Source: Escherichia phage mEp234. Taken from it: a stretch of DNA of 39,578 nt. Location of the stretch: sequence record NC_019715.1. One strand, given 5' to 3'. The notes beneath the pieces are model-generated. The model was given only the letters and a program-made list of their open reading frames with translations. It searched no databases and had not been told where the DNA came from. Positions 8,385 through 18,201 of this stretch are shown here, piece after piece; within the stretch, counting starts at the first letter, position 1, and each line of letters opens with the position of its first letter. The position numbers were made by a program, and so were the translations under genes.

Positions 8385-11300
8385 ATGGCTACGTTGCGCG
8401 AACTGATCATCAAAATATCTGCAAACTCTCAGTCATTCCAGTCTGAAATTTCTCGTGCTTCAAGAATGGGGAATGACTATTACCGGGTAATGCAGACTGG
8501 AGGACGCCAATCGGCCGCAGCTTCGCGTGAAACTCAGCGTGCCTTGGCTGAGGTAACTAGTCAAATAAACACCGCGAAGGCCTCAGCACTGGGAATGGCT
8601 GGTGCATTTGCTGGAGCATTTGCGACTGGTCATCTTATATCGCTGGCCGATGAATGGAGCTCTATTAATGCCAGGCTAAAGCAGGCTTCCCAGTCGTCAG
8701 ATGATTTCACGGAGTCCCAGCGGGCGCTGATGGATATTAGCCAGCGAACCGGAACCGCCTTCTCTGATAATGCGAGTCTTTTTGCGCGTTCAGCCGCTTC
8801 TATGCGTGAATATGGCTACAGTTCAGAAGAGGTTCTGAAGGTAACCGAGGCTATATCAACAGGGCTTAAGCTGTCAGGCGCAAGCGCGTCTGAAGCGAGT
8901 TCGGTAATCACGCAGTTCAGCCAGGCTCTGGCGCAGGGTGTTCTTCGAGGCGAGGAATTTAACTCCGTCAACGAAAACGGTGATCGAGTTATCCGTGCTC
9001 TTGCCGCAGGGATGGGTGTAGCTCGTAAAGATCTGAAGGCAATGGCCGATCAGGGGATGCTAACCGCAGATAAAGTTGTCCCGGCCCTGATAAGTCAACT
9101 TGGCACTATGCGTGGTGAATTTGAGGCAATGCCGCAGACCGTTTCTGCTGCCACGACGAAAGTCGAAAATGCTTTCATGGCATGGGTAGGTGGCGCTAAT
9201 GAAGCCACTGGTGCGACAAGTACTCTTGTTGCCGTATTGAATACGGTTTCTGACAATATAGACACTGTGGCTACGGCTGCCGGAGCTTTGGCTGCGATAG
9301 GTGGAGCTCGCTATCTTGGAGGGATGTTTGGCGATCTTGGGAACCAGACGGCGCAATTAATAGATGCCAGAAAGAACGAAATTGCGCTCGCAGCTGCAAG
9401 GGCTGAATCTGCTACCCAATCACAACGCAAGGCCGCCGCCGATGCTATTGCTGCTGAGCGAGCTTACCAGCTTGCTCAGTCAGAACTTGTGCTGGCAAAG
9501 AATACTAATGCTGAGGCTACTGCCACTCAAAATGCCATATCCAAGCGCCGGGCAATGATTACAGCAAATGCGGCACTGGTACAGTCAAACAGAGCCGTTG
9601 CAGCCTCTCAGCAGGCACTTAACTCTGCAACATCAGTGCTGGGGCTTGTAAAAACTGGCGCTACGGGTCTTTTGTCGTTAGTTGGTGGTTTGCCAGGAAT
9701 TTTAATGTTGGGTGCTGGGGCGTGGTACACGATGTATCAACGCCAAGAACAAGCCAGGGAATCTGCAATCAAATATGCGGACACAATAGAGCAGGTACGA
9801 GATAATCTGAAATCAATGTCTCAGACGCAGATATCCGCCAACCTTGGACAGGCGAATATTTCACTGGATGCTCAGAATAGTGCGATTGAACAGCAGAAGC
9901 AGAAAGTTGCTGAATTATCCAATCAACTTTATAACGCAAAATTAGCAGCCAATTCTGCTTCAGAGGGGACATGGCTGTATAACGATGCGGTTGAGAAAGC
10001 CGCAGACTTTGCTTCAGAACTTGCGGTTGAAGAAGGCCGACTTGAGCAAATGCTCAATAAAAGAAAGCAAACACAACAGTTAATAAACGACATAACTGAT
10101 CAGGCTATAAATAAAACAGTAGAAATGGCTGGCGCCGTAAGTTCTCTTACAGAGATGTATGACCGGCTGAACAAGGTTTCCAGACAGTCTACAGCAGTGT
10201 CCCCACCAAAATATGCAGGACCTGTACTTCCTGCGCTTGATAATAAGCAACAACAAGCTATTGAGAAAGCACAGCGACAGCTTGAGTTATCTGGCCTTCA
10301 GGGTTTGGATAAGGCTCGAAAGCAGGCAGAATTCGATGCATCTGATCTGAACCTTCCAGCTGGTTGGCGTGAGAAATATGTCAGCATGGAAGTTGAGTCT
10401 GCCAGGCAATTACAAGCAATTCGTAACTCAAGCCGCCATAAGGGTGGAAAATCCGAGGCGGAAAAAACAGCTGATACCTATGACAAGCTGATCAAGCAGC
10501 AAAAAGAGCAGATCGCTCTGCAAGGGCAGAATACCGAGCTGGCAAAGGTTAAATATCAGGTAAGCCAGGGTGAGCTTTCTACGCTAAGTCAGGCCCAGAA
10601 AGCCGAAGTTATGCGTAATGCTGCTCTCATCGATCAGGTTAAATTGCGTGAGCAACTGCGAAATTACGAAGCCAACCTTGCTGACAGTAACGCCAGCGCC
10701 CGCGCAGCCAATGAAGCGCAACTGCTGGGATACGGGCAGGGAACCAGGTTCCGTGAAAGACTTCAGGAGCAGTTCAATCTGCGTAAGGAGTTTGAGCAGA
10801 AGAATACCGATCTTCTCCGCCAGCGTCAGGCTGGTGAAATCGACGAGACGTTCTATCAGCAGGGGCTGGCACTTAATAAGCGCTACCTCGAAGAGCGCCT
10901 GCGCGACCAGGAGGGATATTACGCAGCTTCTGATGCGCAGCGTGACGACTGGATGACGGGACTGTCTGAGGGTTATGCGAACTGGGTGGACGAAGCGACA
11001 GATTACTCCTCCATGGCCGCTGACGGCATGAAGCAGGCCATGGGTGGCGCGGTCACCACGATCACCGACATGCTCAATGGCAACGTTGACAGCTGGAAGG
11101 ACTGGGGCGTGAGCGTACTGAAGATCATCCAGAACGTTCTGGTGAACATGGCTGTTGCTAACGGCGTCAGTTCAATTGGTTCTCTCTTCAGCTTTGGCGC
11201 ATCTTCCGCCGCTGCCGCCAGTAGCGGTACTGCAATTCAGAACGCTGGCGCGAACTTCACCTTTAACGCGAAGGGTAATGTTTACGACTCTCCGTCCCTG

Positions 11301-11651
11301 AGCGCATACAGCAATGGCGTGTTTCAGACCCCTCAGCTTTTTGCTTTTGCCAAAGGAGCGGGTGTGTTTGCAGAGGCTGGACCTGAAGCCATTATGCCGC
11401 TTACCCGTGCTGCTGATGGTTCGCTTGGCGTTCGGGCTGTTGGCACTGGTGGTGGTCAGGCTGTATCTTCGGCTCCACAGGTTTACATCACCATCGATGG
11501 CAACGGAAATACTTCCACGCAGACTTCACCCGGCCTTGAGCAATTTGGTGCTGATGTCGGTAAATATATTGATCAGCGATATAAGCAGAACATCATGCGA
11601 GATATTCGCCCTGGCGGTGACATCTGGAACGCAATGAAAGGAACCCGATAA
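8385..11651 (+). CDS. tail tape measure protein
   Basis: About 1090 aa, alanine/glutamine-rich with long coiled-coil stretches; follows G/T. Track ORF begins at ATG 8373, which abuts the U-tract; ATG 8385 is the more likely start. Confidence 0.9.
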   Translation: MATLRELIIKISANSQSFQSEISRASRMGNDYYRVMQTGGRQSAAASRETQRALAEVTSQINTAKASALGMAGAFAGAFATGHLISLADEWSSINARLKQASQSSDDFTESQRALMDISQRTGTAFSDNASLFARSAASMREYGYSSEEVLKVTEAISTGLKLSGASASEASSVITQFSQALAQGVLRGEEFNSVNENGDRVIRALAAGMGVARKDLKAMADQGMLTADKVVPALISQLGTMRGEFEAMPQTVSAATTKVENAFMAWVGGANEATGATSTLVAVLNTVSDNIDTVATAAGALAAIGGARYLGGMFGDLGNQTAQLIDARKNEIALAAARAESATQSQRKAAADAIAAERAYQLAQSELVLAKNTNAEATATQNAISKRRAMITANAALVQSNRAVAASQQALNSATSVLGLVKTGATGLLSLVGGLPGILMLGAGAWYTMYQRQEQARESAIKYADTIEQVRDNLKSMSQTQISANLGQANISLDAQNSAIEQQKQKVAELSNQLYNAKLAANSASEGTWLYNDAVEKAADFASELAVEEGRLEQMLNKRKQTQQLINDITDQAINKTVEMAGAVSSLTEMYDRLNKVSRQSTAVSPPKYAGPVLPALDNKQQQAIEKAQRQLELSGLQGLDKARKQAEFDASDLNLPAGWREKYVSMEVESARQLQAIRNSSRHKGGKSEAEKTADTYDKLIKQQKEQIALQGQNTELAKVKYQVSQGELSTLSQAQKAEVMRNAALIDQVKLREQLRNYEANLADSNASARAANEAQLLGYGQGTRFRERLQEQFNLRKEFEQKNTDLLRQRQAGEIDETFYQQGLALNKRYLEERLRDQEGYYAASDAQRDDWMTGLSEGYANWVDEATDYSSMAADGMKQAMGGAVTTITDMLNGNVDSWKDWGVSVLKIIQNVLVNMAVANGVSSIGSLFSFGASSAAAASSGTAIQNAGANFTFNAKGNVYDSPSLSAYSNGVFQTPQLFAFAKGAGVFAEAGPEAIMPLTRAADGSLGVRAVGTGGGQAVSSAPQVYITIDGNGNTSTQTSPGLEQFGADVGKYIDQRYKQNIMRDIRPGGDIWNAMKGTR

Positions 11652-11653
11652 AA

Positions 11654-11992
11654 ATGGCTATCGAAACTTTCACCTGGTGCCCACGACTTAACGCTGAGGC
11701 AGATATAAATTTCCGCGTCAGGAAAGCACAGTTTGGTGATGGATATGAGCAGGTTTCAGGGGATGGATTGAACACCAGAACCCAGCAATGGACGCTCAAC
11801 TTCACTGGCAACGAAACCTACATTTCTGCCATTAAATCTTTTCTCGACAGGCATGAAGGAACGAAAGCCTTTCAATGGAAGCCACCGCTCGAACCTTTGG
11901 GTTTGTATCGTTGCGAAACGTATAAACCCACCGGGCTTGGCGCGGGGAAATTCAACCTTGAAGCAACATTCATCCAGGCATTTAAACCATGA
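11654..11992 (+). CDS. minor tail protein M
   Basis: 112 aa immediately after tape measure; lambda gpM-like size and position. Confidence 0.75.
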   Translation: MAIETFTWCPRLNAEADINFRVRKAQFGDGYEQVSGDGLNTRTQQWTLNFTGNETYISAIKSFLDRHEGTKAFQWKPPLEPLGLYRCETYKPTGLGAGKFNLEATFIQAFKP

Positions 11993-12747
11993 GCTTAAAC
12001 GCAGATTATCAGAAGCTGGAATCCGGAAACGATGTTCGTCTGATTGAGGTGGACGGTTCTTCCTTTGGGCTAACGGACGTTCTCCGCTTTCACAATTACA
12101 GCATTCCCCACACAGAAGCGGAAATCATCGCCGCTGGTGGGGATGAGTCCAAGCTTCCGGCGAAACCAATCTGGTGGCAGGGAAATGAATACGCCGCCTG
12201 GCCGTATCAGCTGGAAGGTCTGGAGAAATCAACCAGTGGGAGCAATGCAACGCCATCACTGACGGTTGCGAACATCGAAAGCTCCATTTCTGCTCTGTGT
12301 CTTGCGTATGACGATCTGCTGCAGGCTAAAGTCACTATTCACGACACAAAAGAGAAATATCTCGATGCCAGGAATTTCGCAGACGGTAACCCTTCTGCAG
12401 ACCAGACTCAGGAAAAGCTGCAGGTCTGGTATATCGACGGGAAAACGGGCGAGCTTGCCGGTGAAACCGTTGAATTTGTTCTGTCCAGCCCGATGGACCT
12501 GCAGGGGCAAATGATCCCGACGCGACAGCTTCATTCCCTGTGTACCTGGTGCATCCGGAATAAATATCGCACCGGCGACGGCTGCGACTATGCCGGCACC
12601 CGCTATTTCGACAAAAACAACAACCCGGTAAGCGATCCGTCGCTGGATGAATGCAACGGCACGCTGACGGCCTGCAAACTCCGATTCGGCGAAAATAACG
12701 AACTCTCGTTTGGTGGCTTCCCGGGCACGTCTTTGATCAGGAGTTGA
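11989..12747 (+). CDS. minor tail protein L
   Basis: 252 aa; C-terminal cysteine cluster (CTWC...C...C) as in lambda gpL; synteny. Confidence 0.8.
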   Translation: MSLNADYQKLESGNDVRLIEVDGSSFGLTDVLRFHNYSIPHTEAEIIAAGGDESKLPAKPIWWQGNEYAAWPYQLEGLEKSTSGSNATPSLTVANIESSISALCLAYDDLLQAKVTIHDTKEKYLDARNFADGNPSADQTQEKLQVWYIDGKTGELAGETVEFVLSSPMDLQGQMIPTRQLHSLCTWCIRNKYRTGDGCDYAGTRYFDKNNNPVSDPSLDECNGTLTACKLRFGENNELSFGGFPGTSLIRS

Positions 12748-12748
12748 T

Positions 12749-13459
12749 ATGCGTCAGAAAACCGTCGATGAGATTATGGCGCATGCTGCAGCTGAATATC
12801 CTCGCGAGTGTTGCGGCGTGGTGGCGCAGAAAAGCCGTGTTGAACGTTATTTCCCGTGCCGGAATCTTGCCGCGGCGCCGGAGGACAATTTTGTCCTTTG
12901 CCCGGAAGATTACGCAGCTGCTGAGGACTGGGGTACGGTGATCGCCATCGTTCACAGTCACCCTGACGCCACAACGCAACCGAGCGAACTGGATAAAGCG
13001 CAATGCGACGCAACGCTTTTACCCTGGCACATCGTGAGCTGGCCTGAGGGGGATTTGCGCACCATCCAGCCGCGTGGGGAACTGCCGCTGCTGGAGCGTC
13101 CGTTTGTGCTTGGCCACTTCGACTGCTGGGGTCTGGTAATGAGCTATTTCCGGCAAACGCATGGTATCGAGCTCCACGATTACCGGGTTGATTATCCCTG
13201 GTGGGAAAACGACTATCCGGACAACTTCTATCAGGATTGCTGGTATGAGTGCGGATTCCGTGAATTCGACGGACCACCGAAACCCGGCGATATGGTGATC
13301 ATGCAGGTCCAGGCTGATAAGTGGAACCACGCTGGAATTCTGCTGGAGGGCAATATGCTGCTGCACCACCTGTACGGACATCTGAGCCAGCGCGTGCCGT
13401 ATGGTGGCTACTGGCAGGAAAGGACGATGAAGATTCTTAGACATCAGAATTTTATTTAA
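12749..13459 (+). CDS. tail assembly protein K (JAB/MPN plus NlpC/P60 domains)
   Basis: 236 aa; HSHP metal-site motif (VHSHPD), C-terminal Cys/His peptidase-like region; lambda gpK synteny. Confidence 0.8.
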   Translation: MRQKTVDEIMAHAAAEYPRECCGVVAQKSRVERYFPCRNLAAAPEDNFVLCPEDYAAAEDWGTVIAIVHSHPDATTQPSELDKAQCDATLLPWHIVSWPEGDLRTIQPRGELPLLERPFVLGHFDCWGLVMSYFRQTHGIELHDYRVDYPWWENDYPDNFYQDCWYECGFREFDGPPKPGDMVIMQVQADKWNHAGILLEGNMLLHHLYGHLSQRVPYGGYWQERTMKILRHQNFI

Positions 13460-13506
13460 CAAACTGTCACTGATACTATCGTGTAGTACACAGCAAGGAG
13501 AACGAT

Positions 13507-13731
13507 ATGTATACAGTTGGGTTTGGTTGGATCTTCGTCGGTATTTTTATTGGGTTAATTCTCTGGTTTTTCATCAACCGCGCCAGCGTCAGAGCGAACA
13601 GGCAGGTTGAATTACTTGAGTCTATCGACCAGAAATTATCAAAAATAGTAGATCCAAACTTCGAGGCAAATAACAAAGACCAGTCGAAAGAAAACTACCT
13701 TGAAGAAGCAAGGAAAAAAGCTGGGCTTTGA
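13507..13731 (+). CDS. small single-pass membrane protein, paralogue of the gp15/YebO-like gene
   Basis: 74 aa; SD AAGGAG; TM helix then INRASVRANRQVELLESI, the same architecture as the 8154-8342 protein; AT-rich; own hairpin/U-tract follows. Confidence 0.5.
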   Translation: MYTVGFGWIFVGIFIGLILWFFINRASVRANRQVELLESIDQKLSKIVDPNFEANNKDQSKENYLEEARKKAGL

Positions 13732-13746
13732 GAGCGTAAATTAACA

Positions 13747-13769
13747 AACCACCTACGGGTGGTTTTTTT
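13747..13769 (+). terminator. stem-loop plus U-tract after second membrane-protein gene
   Basis: CCACC-TACG-GGTGG then TTTTTTT, followed by ATGGGGGCAGCATG. Confidence 0.5.
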
Positions 13770-13780
13770 ATGGGGGCAGC

Positions 13781-14389
13781 ATGCAAGAGGTAATGACAAG
13801 AATTGAGCTAAGTGGCGTGCTAGCTAAGACATATGGAAGGGTTCATCACCGTCTGGTTCGCACTACTGCTGAAGCCATTAATGCACTCGCGAAAACCATC
13901 AATGGATTCGAGAAATTCTTAAACACAAGCAAAGCCCGAGGGCTGACGTATGCCGTTTATAGAGATAAAAAGAATATTGGCGTTGATGATCTCGGCTTTC
14001 CCGTCACCGGCGAAGTGATCCGGATTGTCCCTGTAGTAATAGGGAGTAAAAAGGCTGGTCTTTTGCAGACGATCTTGGGGGCCGTGCTTATTACTGCTGC
14101 TGTGTTGACTGGAGCCGGCGGTATTGGCGCTGCTTTCGCTGCTGGTGGATTGACGGGGTTTGCTGCTGCCACTGGTGCCTCGTTGGTCCTCGGTGGGGTT
14201 ATTCAGCTGCTTTCACCGCAGCCATCAGGCATAGCCAGTAAACAAAGCGCAGATAACCGTGCATCGTATGCGTTTGGCGGGGTAACCAACACTGCAGCGC
14301 AAGGCTACCCGGTGCCTCTGCTTTATGGTAAGCGTCGAATCGGCGGAGCGATTATTTCTGCCGGAATTTATGTCGAAGATCAGCAGTAG
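13781..14389 (+). CDS. tail assembly protein I
   Basis: 202 aa; glycine/alanine-rich hydrophobic C-terminal half; between K and J. Confidence 0.75.
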   Translation: MQEVMTRIELSGVLAKTYGRVHHRLVRTTAEAINALAKTINGFEKFLNTSKARGLTYAVYRDKKNIGVDDLGFPVTGEVIRIVPVVIGSKKAGLLQTILGAVLITAAVLTGAGGIGAAFAAGGLTGFAAATGASLVLGGVIQLLSPQPSGIASKQSADNRASYAFGGVTNTAAQGYPVPLLYGKRRIGGAIISAGIYVEDQQ

Positions 14390-14408
14390 ATAACTAACCT
14401 TTTTTCTG

Positions 14409-14430
14409 GCCACCTTCGGGTGGCTTTTTT
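14409..14430 (+). terminator. stem-loop (UUCG tetraloop) plus U-tract upstream of J
   Basis: GCCACC-TTCG-GGTGGC then TTTTTT, followed by ATGGGCGCAATATG. Confidence 0.45.
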
Positions 14431-14441
14431 ATGGGCGCAAT

Positions 14442-17400
14442 ATGGCTACAGATAAAGTGTTAAAAGGCCGCAAGGGCGGCAGCTCAAGTTCCCGAACCCC
14501 TACCGAACAGCCTGATGATCTGCAATCTGTAGCGAAGGCAAAGATCCTCGTTGCGCTTGGGGAAGGGGAGTTTGCTGGACAGCTCACCGGGAAGGATATC
14601 TACCTGGACGGAACAGCGCTGGAGAATGCTGACGGCTCCCAAAACTTCAGCGGGGTAACGTGGGAGTTTCGCGCGGGAACGCAGGCGCAAAAATATATTC
14701 AGGGTATTCCCGGTACCGAAAACGAGATCAGCGTAGGAACTGAGGTATCAAGTGCCACAGCCTGGACGCGCACGTTTACCAATACGCAGCTTTCAGCAGT
14801 TCGCCTGCGTCTTAAATGGCCCTCGCTTTTCAAACAGGAAGACGACGGCGATCTGGTGGGTTACTCGGTCAATTATGCGATTGACCTGCAGACGGACGGC
14901 GGCACATGGCAGACGGTACTCAATACCAGCGTGACCGGCAAAACGACGTCTGGTTATGAGCGCAGCCACCGTATCGATTTACCGCAGGCTGGCAGCACAT
15001 GGACAATACGTCTGCGTAAGATTACCTCTGACGCCAACAGCGCGAAGATCGGCGACACGATGATGCTGCAGAGCTTCACCGAGGTGATTGATGCCAAACT
15101 GCGCTACCCGAACACCGCGCTGCTCTACGTCGAATTCGACTCAAGCCAGTTCAACGGCTCTATTCCTCAAATTTCATGCGAACCGCGCGGCCGCGTTATC
15201 CGCGTTCCAGATACCTACGACCCTGAAACCCGCACTTATAGCGGTACATGGACCGGTGCGTTTAAGTGGGCATGGACGGATAACCCTGCGTGGATTTTTT
15301 ACGACCTGGTTGTTTCTGACCGGTTTGGCCTCGGGCACCGTTTGACCGCTGCGAATATTGATAAATGGACTCTTTATCAGGTTGCTCAGTATTGTGATCA
15401 GATGGTACCAGACGGCAAAGGGGGCAACGGTACAGAACCACGCTATACCTGCAACGTGTACATTCAGGACCGGAACGACGCCTACACAGTCCTGCGTGAT
15501 TTTGCCGCTATCTTCCGTGGCATGACCTACTGGGGCGGGGATCAGATTGTGGCCCTGGCTGACATGCCGCGCGATGTTGATTACAGCTATACGCGCGCTA
15601 ACGTTGTTGGCGGTCGCTTCACCTATTCGAGCAGCACCACGAAAAGCCGCTACACCACAGCGCTGGTTTCATGGTCAGATCCGGGTAACGCTTATGCCGA
15701 CGCAATGGAGCCGGTATTTGAGCAGGCGCTGGTGGCGCGATACGGCTTCAATCAGCTGGAAATGACAGCCATCGGCTGCACCAGGCAGTCAGAGGCGAAC
15801 CGAAAGGGGCGCTGGGGTATTCTCACCAACAACAAGGATCGCGTTGTTTCGTTTGATGTCGGGCTGGACGGAAACATTCCGCAGCCGGGCTACATCATCG
15901 CCGTGGCAGACGAGCTGCTTTCCGGAAAGGTTATGGGCGGCCGCATCAGCGCCGTTAACGGTCGCGTTATCAAACTTGACCGCGTAGCTGATGCAGCACC
16001 AGGTGATCGCCTTATTCTCAACCTGCCTTCCGGAGCGTCGCAGAGCAGGACCATTCAGGCCGTGAACGGGGAATCAGTCACAGTCACCACGGCATACAGT
16101 GAGACGCCACAGGCCGAAGCTGTTTGGGTTGTTGAATCTGACGAGCTTTACGCGCAGCAGTATCGTGTTGTCAGCGTCTCCGACAACGGTGATGGCACTT
16201 TCTCAATCACCGGCGCATGGCACGACCCGGATAAATATGCCCGCATCGATACCGGAGCCATCATTGACCAGCGGCCGGTGAGCGTGATCCCGCCTGGTAA
16301 CCAGTCGCCGCCTGCGAACATCGTGATCAGCTCGTTTTCCGTGGTGCAGCAAAATATCAGCGTCGAAACGATGCGCGTGAGCTGGGACCAGGCGCAGAAC
16401 GCTATCGCCTATGAAGCGCAATGGCGCCGCAACGACGGGAACTGGGTTAACGTGCCGCGCACCTCCACCACGTCATTCGACGTCCCGGGGATTTATGCCG
16501 GGCGCTACCTGGTGCGGGTGCGCGCAATCAATGCCGCAGAAATTTCATCCGGATGGGGCTATTCAGAAGAGAAAACGCTGACGGGTAAAGTGGGCAATCC
16601 ACCGAAGCCGGTTGGCTTCATCGCTTCTGAAAATGTGGTTTTCGGCATCGAGCTGAACTGGGGATTCCCGGCGAATACCGACGACACGCTGAAGACGGAA
16701 ATTCAGTACAGCCTGACCGGAACCGAGGACGATGCGATGCTGCTGGCCGATGTGCCTTATCCGCAGCGCAAATATCAGCAGATGGGCCTCAAGGCTGGGC
16801 AGATTTTCTGGTACCGCGCTCAGCTGGTGGACCGCAGCGGCAACGAATCAGGGTACACAGAATGGGTGCGAGGACAGGCCAGCATCGATGTTTCCGACAT
16901 CACAGATGTGATCCTGGAGGACATGAAAGGCTCCGATACGTTCAAAGACCTGATCGAGAACGCTGTGGACAGCAATGAAAAAATTGCTGGCATGGCTGAC
17001 GAAATCAAAAACCATGCCGACGAACTCGAGCAGCAGGCGAAAGACATCCAGGAAAACGCTGACGGGCTGGCCCAGGCCGAAGTGAAGATCGACGAGATTT
17101 CTGTGTCGATGGATGGCATGACGGGAGGCGTGAAGAACTCGGCAATCGCGATTATCCAGAATGGGCTGGCGCAGGTTGTCAGTCGTCGTTCCCAGACCGC
17201 GACAAACGCAGGGAACAGCGCCAGCATTGACCGTATCGACACGACCATAGCCGACACCAGCTCGGCGGTTGCTCGCGCGCTGGTGACGCTGGATGCTTCA
17301 GCTGGTGGGAATATCTCCAACTCTACCGATCTCACTGAAACTCTGGCCGATTTCACGCAGGCATCGGCGACAAAAATTAACACCCTGAATGTTAAATCTG

Positions 17401-17897
17401 GCGAAAACAGTGCCGCGATAAATGTCAACGCACAGGCTATCGCAGATGTAAACGGTAACCTAAGTGCGATGTACAACATCAAGGTTGGTGTCTCCAGCAA
17501 TGGACAGTATTACGCCGCGGGGATGGGTATCGGCGTGGAGAATACGCCATCCGGCATGCAGTCGCAGGTTATCTTCCTGGCTGATCGCTTCGCCGTCACC
17601 ACGGCGGCCGGAAATAGCGTGGCTTTGCCGTTCGTGATCCAGAACGGGCAGACATTCATCCGGGCCAGTTTCATCCAGGACGGCACTATCAGCAACGCAA
17701 AGATTGGTAATTTTATCCAGTCGAACAATTATGTTGCTGGTTCTGCTGGCTGGAAGCTTGATAAAGGGGGGACGTTTGAGAACTACGGTTCGACTGCTGG
17801 TGAGGGAGCCATGAAACTGACAAATCAGACGATCAGCGTCAAAGATGGCAGTAATGTTCTTAGGGTGCAGGTTGGCCGATTAACGGGAGTATTCTGA
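14442..17897 (+). CDS. host specificity protein J (central tail fibre / tip attachment)
   Basis: 1151 aa; lambda gpJ-like size and position after I. Confidence 0.9.
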   Translation: MATDKVLKGRKGGSSSSRTPTEQPDDLQSVAKAKILVALGEGEFAGQLTGKDIYLDGTALENADGSQNFSGVTWEFRAGTQAQKYIQGIPGTENEISVGTEVSSATAWTRTFTNTQLSAVRLRLKWPSLFKQEDDGDLVGYSVNYAIDLQTDGGTWQTVLNTSVTGKTTSGYERSHRIDLPQAGSTWTIRLRKITSDANSAKIGDTMMLQSFTEVIDAKLRYPNTALLYVEFDSSQFNGSIPQISCEPRGRVIRVPDTYDPETRTYSGTWTGAFKWAWTDNPAWIFYDLVVSDRFGLGHRLTAANIDKWTLYQVAQYCDQMVPDGKGGNGTEPRYTCNVYIQDRNDAYTVLRDFAAIFRGMTYWGGDQIVALADMPRDVDYSYTRANVVGGRFTYSSSTTKSRYTTALVSWSDPGNAYADAMEPVFEQALVARYGFNQLEMTAIGCTRQSEANRKGRWGILTNNKDRVVSFDVGLDGNIPQPGYIIAVADELLSGKVMGGRISAVNGRVIKLDRVADAAPGDRLILNLPSGASQSRTIQAVNGESVTVTTAYSETPQAEAVWVVESDELYAQQYRVVSVSDNGDGTFSITGAWHDPDKYARIDTGAIIDQRPVSVIPPGNQSPPANIVISSFSVVQQNISVETMRVSWDQAQNAIAYEAQWRRNDGNWVNVPRTSTTSFDVPGIYAGRYLVRVRAINAAEISSGWGYSEEKTLTGKVGNPPKPVGFIASENVVFGIELNWGFPANTDDTLKTEIQYSLTGTEDDAMLLADVPYPQRKYQQMGLKAGQIFWYRAQLVDRSGNESGYTEWVRGQASIDVSDITDVILEDMKGSDTFKDLIENAVDSNEKIAGMADEIKNHADELEQQAKDIQENADGLAQAEVKIDEISVSMDGMTGGVKNSAIAIIQNGLAQVVSRRSQTATNAGNSASIDRIDTTIADTSSAVARALVTLDASAGGNISNSTDLTETLADFTQASATKINTLNVKSGENSAAINVNAQAIADVNGNLSAMYNIKVGVSSNGQYYAAGMGIGVENTPSGMQSQVIFLADRFAVTTAAGNSVALPFVIQNGQTFIRASFIQDGTISNAKIGNFIQSNNYVAGSAGWKLDKGGTFENYGSTAGEGAMKLTNQTISVKDGSNVLRVQVGRLTGVF

Positions 17898-17898
17898 A

Positions 17899-18201
17899 AT
17901 GGCTTATGGAATACAGACCTGGGATGCTTCAGGAAAACCCAACAACTATGGCATCAAACCCGTTTCCGTCGTTGGGCGAATACAGCTGGCTGCCGGGCAA
18001 ACCTCCGGCAGCTGGTCTTTTACGGTGCCCTCAGGAATGAAAGTTGGTTTTGTTCTTTCACTTGATGAAGGAGGTAACAGCGTAGGGCGGCGCATTGTCG
18101 CGTCAGGGAGCACAATAACCGTAAGCGCTGCATCTTCTGTAGGTCTGGGTAATTATCCGGCCTCAAAGTGTGAAGTGGTCGTTTTCATGGAGAAAGCATA
18201 A
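17899..18201 (+). CDS. hypothetical protein downstream of J
   Basis: 100 aa, ATG 2 nt after the J stop; N-terminal motif GIQTWDASGK recurs in the next protein. Confidence 0.5.
   Translation: MAYGIQTWDASGKPNNYGIKPVSVVGRIQLAAGQTSGSWSFTVPSGMKVGFVLSLDEGGNSVGRRIVASGSTITVSAASSVGLGNYPASKCEVVVFMEKA

Noticed and set aside
13474-13488. Inverted repeat TACTA-N5-TAGTA upstream of the second membrane-protein gene as an operator
   Set aside because: Only 5-bp arms; too short to distinguish from chance.
16820-17500. 226-aa minus-strand ORF inside the J gene
   Set aside because: It lies wholly antisense within a well-supported 1151-aa gene, has low-complexity composition and no initiation signals.
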